Positions 19,350 to 27,232 are shown, numbered from the stretch's first letter. The stretch is 64,000 nt of DNA from Mucilaginibacter sp. (GCA_041905165.1 JAYRLR010000002.1:235859-299858), one strand, 5' to 3'. The notes: generated by a model not told the origin, from the sequence alone. Made by a program: numbers and translations.

Positions 19350-20363
19350 ATGAAGAAAGGATGGCAAATTTTCTGGCATGTGTTTGTGTGGTGCTGCCTC
19401 ATCTCTTTCTTTGTGTTTTTGGCGCATGCCAATAGCAAAATAACACCAAAGGGCCTGGCGGTCATCTTCGTGCTGTTTGGTGGAATCAATATCAGCCTGT
19501 TCTACTTAAACTACCTGGTGTATATTCCGTTATTGCTTGACCGGAAGCGTTATGCATGGTATGGACTTGCCGCCATGGGCTCCATTGTATTGTTCTGCTT
19601 CCTGAAGTATGGAGTAGCGCTTATTTATAAGGAATATGCTCTTACACATATGAATGGTAAAGCCATCCACTTTGCCGACTATATGTGGAGCGCTTTCTTC
19701 ACCGGTCTCATATTCGTATTTTTAAGCAACGTGCTTAAATTCTCTATCGACTGGTTTTTGAACGAACGTATTCAGCGTGACCTGGAAAACCAGCGATTAA
19801 CGGCTGAGTTATCCTTTTTGAAATCGCAGATCAATCCGCATTTTTTATTCAACTCGCTTAACAGTATTTACTCACTGGCGTATCAGCGTTCCGAAACTAC
19901 CCCGGAGGCAATCCTCAAACTCTCGGAAATTATGCGTTATATGCTGTATGAAAGTAATGACAACAAGGTTGATCTGGAAAAAGAGATACATTACCTGCAA
20001 AACTACATCGATTTGCAAAAGATACGTTTTGGCTACAGGGCCTTTGTGGAGTTTGAGGTAACTGGTGATATAAGCGGACAACGCATAGCGCCGCTGCTGC
20101 TGATATCTTTTATTGAAAATGCTTTTAAACATGGGGTGGCCAACGATCCTGCGACGCCAATAAAAATGTCGCTTGCGGTAAAAAGCGATGAACTGTTGTT
20201 TCATATCGAGAATAAAAAACATAACAATAACCGGGACGCTGTTGGCGGCATTGGGTTAATTAATGTGCAACGCAGACTTAACCTTTTGTACCCGGGCAAG
20301 TATGTGCTCGATATTAAGGATACGGAAACCTGCTATGTTTGTAACCTGAGTTTAAAACTATAG
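19350..20363 (+). CDS. Sensor histidine kinase, LytS/YehU-type (His_kinase PF06580)
   Basis: 337 aa with about 4 N-terminal TM helices, the H-box NPHFLFNSLNSI and the C-terminal ATPase-like motif GGIGLINVQRRL. Confidence 0.9.
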   Translation: MKKGWQIFWHVFVWCCLISFFVFLAHANSKITPKGLAVIFVLFGGINISLFYLNYLVYIPLLLDRKRYAWYGLAAMGSIVLFCFLKYGVALIYKEYALTHMNGKAIHFADYMWSAFFTGLIFVFLSNVLKFSIDWFLNERIQRDLENQRLTAELSFLKSQINPHFLFNSLNSIYSLAYQRSETTPEAILKLSEIMRYMLYESNDNKVDLEKEIHYLQNYIDLQKIRFGYRAFVEFEVTGDISGQRIAPLLLISFIENAFKHGVANDPATPIKMSLAVKSDELLFHIENKKHNNNRDAVGGIGLINVQRRLNLLYPGKYVLDIKDTETCYVCNLSLKL

Positions 20364-20412
20364 CATGGCAATGCTTTTTTTAAATAACAATTAAAGATTT
20401 AGTTTTGTAATA

Positions 20413-21147
20413 ATGATAAGGTGCCTTGTAGTTGATGACGAGCCGTTGGCTTTAAACATATTGGAAGATTATATCTCCAAAATGCCGTTTTTAGAACTGG
20501 TAAAGGCTACTACCAATCCTATTGAGGCGCTCACCATGGTGCAGCAAGGCGATGCCGATCTTGTTTTTCTGGATGTGCAGATGCCGGAGCTTACCGGTAT
20601 TCAGTTCCTGAAAATTGCAAACGGAAAAGCCAAGGTAATACTTACTACTGCTTACCCACAATATGCTTTGGAAGGTTACGAACTCGACGTGGTTGACTAC
20701 TTGCTAAAGCCGATTGCCTTTGACCGTTTTTACAAGGCCGTACAAAAAGCACAGGGTATATTACAGCCGGCCGCTAAAGGTACGGTTGCCGAACAGGCGC
20801 CTCAGGTGCAGCAACAGCAGGACTTTAATAACGATTTTATTTTCGTGAAAACGGAGCACAAAATACAGAAGGTGTACCTACACGATATCTTATTTATTGA
20901 AGGGCTAAAGGACTACATATCCATCTTTACCACAACAGAGCGTATCATCACTCTGCAGAATATGAAGAAGATGGAAGATGCTCTGCCCGAAAGGTATTTT
21001 GTGCGCGTGCATCGCTCATACATTGTATCATTAGACAAGATTGACAGCATTGAGCGCAGCAGGATATTTATTGGAGATAAGATTATACCTGTAGGTGATA
21101 CTTACCGCGATGAATTCTTTAAAATTATTGATGGGAAAAATGTGTAG
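20413..21147 (+). CDS. LytTR/AlgR family response regulator
   Basis: 244 aa. The receiver domain reads VVDDEP...DLVFLDVQMP...LLKP and the C-terminal LytTR DNA-binding domain reads FVRVHRSYIV. Confidence 0.9.
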   Translation: MIRCLVVDDEPLALNILEDYISKMPFLELVKATTNPIEALTMVQQGDADLVFLDVQMPELTGIQFLKIANGKAKVILTTAYPQYALEGYELDVVDYLLKPIAFDRFYKAVQKAQGILQPAAKGTVAEQAPQVQQQQDFNNDFIFVKTEHKIQKVYLHDILFIEGLKDYISIFTTTERIITLQNMKKMEDALPERYFVRVHRSYIVSLDKIDSIERSRIFIGDKIIPVGDTYRDEFFKIIDGKNV

Positions 21148-21196
21148 TTGACTCACCCAACTCTTCAGAAGACAGGGCTAAAACTCACACCACTCA

Positions 21197-21928
21197 CTAA
21201 AACACCCTTGCACGGATTCTTTCTTCGGCCAATTTAACCAGCTCATCAATAGGGCCGCTGGTTGGCTCAATAGGCTCCAGTACCTCCCAGGTCATTTTAT
21301 TGAAGGTGTCGAGGGGATACTTCCCATAGCGCACCAACTTCCACGAGTTATTAATGGCTACCGGCACTAACAAAGCATTAGGGCATCTTTTTAGCAGGGT
21401 AGCAATACCGGCTGACTGAAAAGTTTTTACTTTACCATCTTTTGAGCGTGTACCTTCAGGGAAAATCATTGCCGACCAATTATTTTCTTTAATGCGGGTG
21501 CCCAACTTTGATAGTTCCATAATAGACTGTCGCGGATCCTTACGGTCTATATTGGCGCCGCCCCCAACCTGCAGGTTGTAGGATATAGAAGGGATGCCTT
21601 TTGCAAGCTCGATTTTGGAAATAAATTTTGCGTGATACTTCCTGAAAAAGTAAATCATCGGCGGTATATCAAACAAACTCTGGTGGTTGGCCATAATAAT
21701 CATCGGCCTGTTTACAGGCAGATTGTGATGATTTATAAACTTAACCGTATTGAACAGGAGGTAGTAAGTGCTTAATAAGCACAGATTAAGTAGATCTACA
21801 GAACGTTTATGAGCAGCATAGCCGAAAGCCTTATAACATATCCATTGTATAGGTTGAAATATAACCAGCACCAGAAAAAATGCCAGGGCGGCAATCGGAG
21901 TAAAAATGTAGCCTAAAAACTTTTTCAT
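21197..21928 (-). CDS. plsC: 1-acyl-sn-glycerol-3-phosphate acyltransferase
   Basis: The HX4D motif NHQSLFD and FPEGTRS are present. I chose the start at MKKFLGY (ATG 21928) because the longer ORF runs through the upstream terminator. Confidence 0.85.
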   Translation of the reverse strand: MKKFLGYIFTPIAALAFFLVLVIFQPIQWICYKAFGYAAHKRSVDLLNLCLLSTYYLLFNTVKFINHHNLPVNRPMIIMANHQSLFDIPPMIYFFRKYHAKFISKIELAKGIPSISYNLQVGGGANIDRKDPRQSIMELSKLGTRIKENNWSAMIFPEGTRSKDGKVKTFQSAGIATLLKRCPNALLVPVAINNSWKLVRYGKYPLDTFNKMTWEVLEPIEPTSGPIDELVKLAEERIRARVF

Positions 21929-21990
21929 TAATCGGTAAAGATACGATTTAAGGCGAAAGGTGTGCAGTGTTACGCTAAGCTGTAAATCAC

Positions 21991-22019
21991 TAAAAAAAAG
22001 AAAAACCCACCCAAGTGGG
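21991..22019 (-). terminator. Rho-independent terminator of the BSP-like peptidase gene
   Basis: The minus strand reads CCCAC-TTGG-GTGGG followed by TTTTTCTTTTTTTT. Confidence 0.7.
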
Positions 22020-22052
22020 CAGGTCTTTACTATTACAAACAAAAAACAATTA

Positions 22053-22730
22053 TTATATGGCCGGGTTTTCGGCATATTTTTTCCAAAGGTCTTCTACGGT
22101 GTAACCCGTTACGTCTTTCCAGGTATTGTCGTTATAAGTATGTGCACGCATAATTGCATCAAGCTTTTGCACGGTACCTGCTTTAACATGCTTTTCTATC
22201 CAAGCTAAAAAGCGCGCAGTAACGCGGTAGCTGTTGTCAAAGTTTTGTGTTGATTTAAATTCAGGCAATGCCCAATGGCCTTCTTCGTTAGCCACGCCAA
22301 ATTTAAAGCGGGCATAATCAGCAATACCTTCAGTTACCCACCATGGGCCGTTGGTATTGCCATAATCCTGCACAATGTGCATTACTTCGTGCGTTACCAC
22401 ATCAATATCAGTAGGGTGTTTGCGCATGTACTCGGCGCTGAAAACTACACGGCCGTCGGCAGTTGCGGCCACACCATCATAAGCAGTATCCACAAAAAAC
22501 TTCACTTCTTTTAAGGTTTTCTTGTTGTACTCCTTTTCTAATTTAGGGTAAACCACAAAAAAGGTGTTGATGAGTTTTTGTTTAAGGCCTTCATCAAAGT
22601 TGGCATCGTTACCAGAAAAGGTAAGTGTATAGCCGTTCTTTTTAATGGTTTCGGTTTTTTGTGCGTAGCTAAAGCTGATGCCGAACAAGGCAAGCGCTAA
22701 TAACAGTACTGTTTTTTTCATTGGATTCAA
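22053..22730 (-). CDS. Secreted basic-secretory-protein-like (PF04450-type) putative zinc peptidase
   Basis: 225 aa with a signal peptide, the HExxH motif HEVMH and a downstream EGIADY. Confidence 0.7.
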   Translation of the reverse strand: MNPMKKTVLLLALALFGISFSYAQKTETIKKNGYTLTFSGNDANFDEGLKQKLINTFFVVYPKLEKEYNKKTLKEVKFFVDTAYDGVAATADGRVVFSAEYMRKHPTDIDVVTHEVMHIVQDYGNTNGPWWVTEGIADYARFKFGVANEEGHWALPEFKSTQNFDNSYRVTARFLAWIEKHVKAGTVQKLDAIMRAHTYNDNTWKDVTGYTVEDLWKKYAENPAI

Positions 22731-22943
22731 GTGGCTTTAATCAGTGTGATTTGTAAATGCTAATCTATAAAATGATAATTTAATAAAACGTTTTACCAAC
22801 AAAGATAGTAAATTAGTTACAATGTGTTTACCGGCGTAAAATATAAATTGATTATCAAGATAATAGGCCAACCGGTCACCTATATTTCTATCCTGCTTTG
22901 GATATATGAGCGAAGAAAAGGAACTTCGCTGTCCGAAATTTAA

Positions 22944-25205
22944 ATGCTTATGCAATCTCATTTTAAAAAAATCGCCGCAGAGCTTTCTATCGCTGAAAGG
23001 CAGGTGAGTGCAACTGCCAACTTGCTTGACGAAGGGGCTACGGTGCCATTTATATCGCGTTACCGTAAGGAACTTACCGGCAGTTTGGACGAGGTGCAGG
23101 TAGCCGCCATCCGCGATCGTATGCAACAACTGCGCGATCTGGACAAGCGACGCGAAGCAATTTTAAAATCCTTAACGGACATGGGTAAGCTTACGCCAGA
23201 ATTGGAAGTAAGCTTAAACGAGGCAGAAACCATGGTAGCGCTGGAGGATTTATACCTGCCTTACCGCCCCAAACGTAAAACGCGCGCTACTACTGCCCGC
23301 GAAAAAGGTCTGCAGCAGCTGGCAGATGCGTTGCTCGCTCAGGACCGGTTTGATGTAGAAGCAGAAGCCGAAAAATACGTCGATACGGAAAAAGGTGTTG
23401 CCGATGTAAACGAGGCACTGGCAGGTGCACGCGATATTATAGCTGAGTATGTAAGTGAGCATGCCGAAACCCGTACCAAAATGCGGGAGCTTTTTATTAA
23501 CCACGGTACTATACAAAGCAGGGTAATAGAGGGTAAAGAGCAGGACGGTATCAAATACAAAGATTATTTCGACTGGACGGAGCCGGTGAAAACGGCACCA
23601 TCACACCGTATACTGGCTATGCGCCGCGGCGAAAAAGAAGAAATACTTTGGCTCGATATAAAACCTGAAGAGGAAGCAGCTATGGGGGTGTTAGAGCAGG
23701 AGTTTGTAAAAGGTGGTAATGCTGCCTCTCAGCAGGTAAAGCTGGCTTTAACGGATGGCTATAAGCGCTTGCTTAAGCCTTCGATGGAAACAGAGGTGCG
23801 CTTGTTTACCAAAAAGTCGGCCGACGATGAAGCTATCCGCGTATTTGCGGAGAATGCGCGGCAGCTGTTACTTGCTGCTCCGCTCGGTCAAAAGCGCGTA
23901 ATGGCTATTGACCCAGGTTTCCGCACAGGTTGTAAAGTGGTTTGCTTGGATGAGCAAGGCAAACTGTTGGAGAATGCCACTATTTATCCGCACACCGGTG
24001 CCGGAGGTGTAAAGGAAGCGGAAAAGACAATTGAATACCTCACCGACAGGTACAAGATACAAGCCGTTGCCATTGGTAATGGCACCGCAGGTCGCGAAAC
24101 GGAGGTGTTTGTGCGTAAGCTGAATTTAACTGCTGTAACCATAGTGATGGTTAACGAAAGCGGTGCATCAATATACTCCGCTTCTGAGGCTGCACGCGAA
24201 GAGTTCCCGGATAAAGATGTTACCGTAAGAGGTGCCGTGTCTATTGGTCGCCGTTTGATGGATCCTTTGGCCGAGTTGGTCAAGATTGATCCAAAATCGA
24301 TAGGTGTAGGTCAGTATCAGCACGATGTGGATCAGAATAAGCTGCAAACCTCGCTGGATGATACAGTAATCAGCGCAGTGAATGCTGTGGGCGTAGAGCT
24401 GAACACTGCATCCAAACAAATTCTTTCCTATATATCAGGGCTTGGTCCGCAGCTGGCGCAAAATATTGTGAGCTACCGCGACCAAAACGGGGCTTTTACC
24501 CGTCGAGATCAATTACGCAAGGTAACTCGCCTGGGCGATAAGGCTTATGAACAGGCCGCTGGCTTTTTACGCATCCGCGATGCCGAGAATCCTCTTGATG
24601 CCAGCGCGGTGCACCCGGAACGCTATCCGGTTGTAGAGCAAATGGCCAAAGACCTTAATTGCACCGTACGCGACCTAATGACCAACGACAAGCTGCGCAA
24701 AAGCATCCCGCTGCAAAAGTACGTTACAGATACGGTGGGTTTACCTACATTAAATGATATCGTGGCAGAGCTGGCCAAGCCAGGCCGCGACCCGCGTGAG
24801 CAATTTGAAGCTTTTAGTTTTACAGATGGCGTTAACGCTATTGATGATTTGAAGGTAGGTATGAAGCTGCCAGGTATTGTTACCAATATAACTGCCTTTG
24901 GCGCTTTTGTAGATATTGGCGTTCATCAGGATGGCTTGGTGCACCTGAGCCAGATTACCAATCGGTTTATAAAAGACCCAAACGAAGTGCTTAAAGTGCA
25001 CCAGAAAGTAGAGGTTAGGATTACTGAGGTAGATGTAAACCGCAAACGCATTTCACTATCCATGAAGGATGAAGAAAAAAGCAACAGCGCTAAGCCGCAA
25101 GCGAGGCGAAGTGATAACAGGAACACGGCCACACAAAAAGCAAGGCCCGAGCCCGAAACGGATATGGCCCTTAAACTGGCAGCATTGAAAAATAAGTTTA
25201 AGTAA
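22944..25205 (+). CDS. tex: Tex-like RNA-binding transcriptional accessory protein
   Basis: 753 aa with an N-terminal Tex domain (VPFISRYRKE), a YqgF-like region, HhH motifs and a C-terminal S1 domain (GIVTNITAFGAFVDIGVHQDGLVH). Confidence 0.95.
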   Translation: MLMQSHFKKIAAELSIAERQVSATANLLDEGATVPFISRYRKELTGSLDEVQVAAIRDRMQQLRDLDKRREAILKSLTDMGKLTPELEVSLNEAETMVALEDLYLPYRPKRKTRATTAREKGLQQLADALLAQDRFDVEAEAEKYVDTEKGVADVNEALAGARDIIAEYVSEHAETRTKMRELFINHGTIQSRVIEGKEQDGIKYKDYFDWTEPVKTAPSHRILAMRRGEKEEILWLDIKPEEEAAMGVLEQEFVKGGNAASQQVKLALTDGYKRLLKPSMETEVRLFTKKSADDEAIRVFAENARQLLLAAPLGQKRVMAIDPGFRTGCKVVCLDEQGKLLENATIYPHTGAGGVKEAEKTIEYLTDRYKIQAVAIGNGTAGRETEVFVRKLNLTAVTIVMVNESGASIYSASEAAREEFPDKDVTVRGAVSIGRRLMDPLAELVKIDPKSIGVGQYQHDVDQNKLQTSLDDTVISAVNAVGVELNTASKQILSYISGLGPQLAQNIVSYRDQNGAFTRRDQLRKVTRLGDKAYEQAAGFLRIRDAENPLDASAVHPERYPVVEQMAKDLNCTVRDLMTNDKLRKSIPLQKYVTDTVGLPTLNDIVAELAKPGRDPREQFEAFSFTDGVNAIDDLKVGMKLPGIVTNITAFGAFVDIGVHQDGLVHLSQITNRFIKDPNEVLKVHQKVEVRITEVDVNRKRISLSMKDEEKSNSAKPQARRSDNRNTATQKARPEPETDMALKLAALKNKFK

Positions 25206-25223
25206 AGATTGCCTTTATAAACC

Positions 25224-25257
25224 AAAAGCGGGGTCAGTAGCTGACCCCGCTTTTTTT
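25224..25257 (+). terminator. Rho-independent terminator of tex
   Basis: The 10-bp stem GCGGGGTCAG / CTGACCCCGC is followed by T7. Confidence 0.85.
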
Positions 25258-25365
25258 ATGTCTTTTAAATGAATCGGGAAGACTTACAGAAATAGAGATT
25301 ATCTTTTAATTCCTGATGACGTTATTCCCGATAAACGAAAGTTTGTGTATCAATTGTCGATAGCC

Positions 25366-25842
25366 TTATTCTAATGTGATTTGTCTTCTGATGCTTTCTT
25401 CCAAAGAGATAAACGTCTCGGTGCGTTGTATGCCCGATACACTTTGTATCTGCTCATTTAATACCTCGCGCAGGTGGTTGGTATCATGACAAACGATTTT
25501 TGCAAAAATGCTCCAGCTGCCTGTGGTGTAATGCAGCTCAACAATCTCGTTTATTTTCTTTAACTGTGTTACAGCATCCTGATACTGAGAGCCTTTCTCA
25601 AGGTAAATGCCGAGAAAAGCGGTGATGTCATAACCTAATTTTTGCGGATCGACCTCAAGGCTTGCGCCCTTAATAACACCCATTTCTTCGAGCTTTTTCA
25701 TACGTACGTGTATGGTTCCGCCCGAAACAATCAACTCCTTTGCTATCTCGGTATAGGGGGTAGTCGCGTTCTTCATCAGGATCGATAATATCTGAATATC
25801 GAGATTATCAATTTCTAAATTTTGAGCTTTTTTATGGGGCAT
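25366..25842 (-). CDS. Lrp/AsnC family transcriptional regulator
   Basis: 158 aa with an N-terminal HTH (LDIQILSILMKNATTPYTEIAKELIVSGGTIHVRMKKL) and a C-terminal RAM/AsnC-type ligand domain. Confidence 0.9.
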   Translation of the reverse strand: MPHKKAQNLEIDNLDIQILSILMKNATTPYTEIAKELIVSGGTIHVRMKKLEEMGVIKGASLEVDPQKLGYDITAFLGIYLEKGSQYQDAVTQLKKINEIVELHYTTGSWSIFAKIVCHDTNHLREVLNEQIQSVSGIQRTETFISLEESIRRQITLE

Positions 25843-25939
25843 AAAATGAAAAATCTATATTTTAATACAAGTTTAATTAAAATCTGAATAAAAATAAAAT
25901 TATTTCTTTGAAATATTTGCAAGAAATTCACAACTCCTT

Positions 25940-25947
25940 TAAATTTG
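25940..25947 (+). promoter_or_regulatory. Putative Bacteroidota sigma-A -7 box (TAnnTTTG) for the tRNA-like unit
   Basis: TAAATTTG lies at 25940-25947, with a TTG at 25916-25918 about 21 nt upstream. It sits about 50 nt before the first tRNA-like gene. Confidence 0.4.
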
Positions 25948-25995
25948 TATCAAGCAAATGACAAAATGCTTAACGTTCTTTAAAGAAAAAAACAC

Positions 25996-26111
25996 TGTTG
26001 GGTGGTGAAATTTTTGGCAGACACACCTCCTTGTCCCGGTGGCGGAGATCATGGGAAACTCTTAGCAATAAGAATAACCACTCTGTGAAGGTTCGACTCC
26101 TTCCCCAACAG
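25996..26111 (+). tRNA. Atypical tRNA-shaped gene, copy 1 (116 nt, GUC anticodon loop, ~44-nt variable region); not a standard decoder
   Basis: Acceptor stem TGTTGGG / CCCAACA with discriminator G. Core nucleotides U8, A14, G18G19, A21, U33 and G53-TTCGACT-C61 are all present. The D arm is GTG-AAATTTTTGGCAGA-CAC and the T arm is GAAGG-TTCGACT-CCTTC. The putative anticodon arm is CCTCC-TTGTCCC-GGTGG. The 44-nt variable region contains the GNRA hairpin TCTTA-GCAA-TAAGA. CCA is not encoded. Confidence 0.7.
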
Positions 26112-26135
26112 CACCCGAGCAATTCGGTTATATCC

Positions 26136-26250
26136 TGTAGGATGGTGAAATTTTGGCAGACACACCTCCCTGTCCCGGTGGCGGAGAACAATGGGAAATC
26201 TTAGCAATAAGAATAACCACTCCTTGAAGGTTCGACTCCTTCTCCTACAG
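26136..26250 (+). tRNA. Atypical tRNA-shaped gene, copy 2 (115 nt), paralog of copy 1
   Basis: Same architecture as copy 1. The acceptor stem TGTAGGA / TCCTACA differs from copy 1 at pairs 4:69 and 7:66, and both changes are compensatory. The anticodon loop is CTGTCCC. A 24-nt spacer with a small hairpin separates the copies. Confidence 0.7.
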
Positions 26251-26285
26251 CTCTTCTCATAATTTAGGTTTATAATTGGTTAGTA

Positions 26286-26318
26286 AAGGCCCCTGCCCAT
26301 CAGGGGCTTTGCTGTTTT
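26286..26318. terminator. Rho-independent terminator after the tRNA-like pair, possibly bidirectional
   Basis: GCCCCTG (26289-26295) pairs with CAGGGGC (26301-26307), the stem is extended by AAG/CTT, and it is followed by TTTGCTGTTTT. It lies between the plus-strand RNA genes and the 3' end of the minus-strand gene at 26353. Confidence 0.75.
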
Positions 26319-26352
26319 ATAAGGTTTCGTGTTTTTAGGTAAACCTGTGTTA

Positions 26353-26877
26353 TTAGGGTAACAGCCAAAATCGCCAGCCATTCCAATATTCATCGTAATA
26401 TGTATAAAATGTTTTGAATTGATATGTCAGCGGCAGGTTATGAGTTGATGCATAAGCTTCATATTCTTGCACACTGTTATATCTGACCCAATCACCGGTT
26501 GGTAATAGATAGTCGTAGTAACCAGTTTCAGAAGCTAAGCATAGGTGCTCATTGTATACAAAAAAACTTTCTACGGGCACTTGTTTTCGGCCGATATCTA
26601 AATAGGCATAGCCATCCGAGCTTCGCATAGTCTTATTATGTCCCAAGGGTAGTTTTGCCTCGTCGCCAAGGCCATGATTGCCATAATAGGTAAACGAGAA
26701 GATAAAAAGCAGAGTGGCTGTGGCAAGGTATATAGCTGTAAATCTGAGCCGATTTAAATGAGTATTACCGGTTAACCTTCCAATAGCAGTTAGTACAAAA
26801 AATATTATTAATGAATAAATACCGGATTGGAGTGCTATCTTAAAAATTAGGAATCCGAAATGAAACAGCGTAAACAT
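26353..26877 (-). CDS. Hypothetical membrane-anchored protein
   Basis: 174 aa with three predicted N-terminal hydrophobic helices and an aromatic-rich C-terminal domain. No recognised motif. Confidence 0.6.
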   Translation of the reverse strand: MFTLFHFGFLIFKIALQSGIYSLIIFFVLTAIGRLTGNTHLNRLRFTAIYLATATLLFIFSFTYYGNHGLGDEAKLPLGHNKTMRSSDGYAYLDIGRKQVPVESFFVYNEHLCLASETGYYDYLLPTGDWVRYNSVQEYEAYASTHNLPLTYQFKTFYTYYDEYWNGWRFWLLP

Positions 26878-26962
26878 AACGTGATAAAGTGTTGGTATGC
26901 GGTTGACGCTATAAATATCAGAATAAATGACTAATAATCGTATATCAGGACTACACGAAAAT

Positions 26963-26992
26963 CGTCATTGCGAACGGAGTGAAGCAATCTCA
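26963..26992. repeat. Palindromic-element repeat, unit 1; the partner arm is degenerate
   Basis: CGTCATTGCGAACGGAGTGAAGCAATCTCA is identical over 30 nt to 27203-27232. Confidence 0.85.
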
Positions 26993-27085
26993 ATAGGATT
27001 ATTAGCTTTTCGGTTCACAAACCTCGCTTAAAAGTCTTTTCAAAGGTAGAGGACTTCGGAAAAAAAAGCATCAAACATACGTGTT

Positions 27086-27142
27086 GAAGCAATCTCAATG
27101 TGAATAATTAGATTGCTTCTTCCTGCCGCCTCACAATGACGC
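27086..27142. repeat. Palindromic-element repeat, unit 2 (hairpin form); the left outer arm is degenerate
   Basis: GAAGCAATCT (27086-27095) pairs perfectly with AGATTGCTTC (27110-27119). The right arm continues as ...CTCACAATGACGC, the inverse of the GCGTCATTG... motif. Confidence 0.8.
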
Positions 27143-27202
27143 AGTTGGATGAGCTGTCTGCGGACCTCGCTAAGATTTTTCCGAGGGAGAGGAATAAAAA
27201 AA

Positions 27203-27232
27203 CGTCATTGCGAACGGAGTGAAGCAATCTCA
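27203..27232. repeat. Palindromic-element repeat, unit 3
   Basis: This 30-mer is identical to 26963-26992. Confidence 0.85.

Noticed and set aside
22737-23129. A 130-aa minus-strand ORF spanning the tex promoter and start.
   Set aside because: It overlaps the well-supported tex N-terminus in antisense. It has no signal peptide or motif, and its composition is unlike neighbouring genes.
23250-25225. Multiple minus-strand ORFs of 64-99 aa inside tex.
   Set aside because: They are antisense shadow ORFs within a 753-aa gene with a conserved domain order.
25970-26204. The track ORFs 25970-26191 (minus, 73 aa) and 25998-26204 (plus, 68 aa) as protein genes.
   Set aside because: Both simply read across the two tRNA-shaped repeats. 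The differences between the copies preserve RNA helices through compensatory acceptor-stem changes and do not preserve a reading frame, since single-nt indels separate the copies. The peptides are Cys/Arg/Trp-rich and implausible.
25996-26250. The tRNA-like genes as tRNA-Sec, tmRNA, an intron-containing tRNA or a bacterial Y-RNA-like (YrlA) RNA.
   Set aside because: For tRNA-Sec there is no conserved UCA anticodon (TCA occurs only in copy 1), the acceptor/T arrangement is 7/5 rather than 8/5, and the D loop has 14 nt rather than 4. For tmRNA the RNA is far too short and has no tag ORF. Bacterial tRNA introns are group I elements of more than 200 nt inserted in the anticodon loop, not a 44-nt stretch in the variable region. 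YrlA RNAs have a permuted topology with a Ro-binding terminal stem and usually neighbour rsr or rtcB, which are absent here. These are sequence-level arguments only, and a covariance-model search is still needed.
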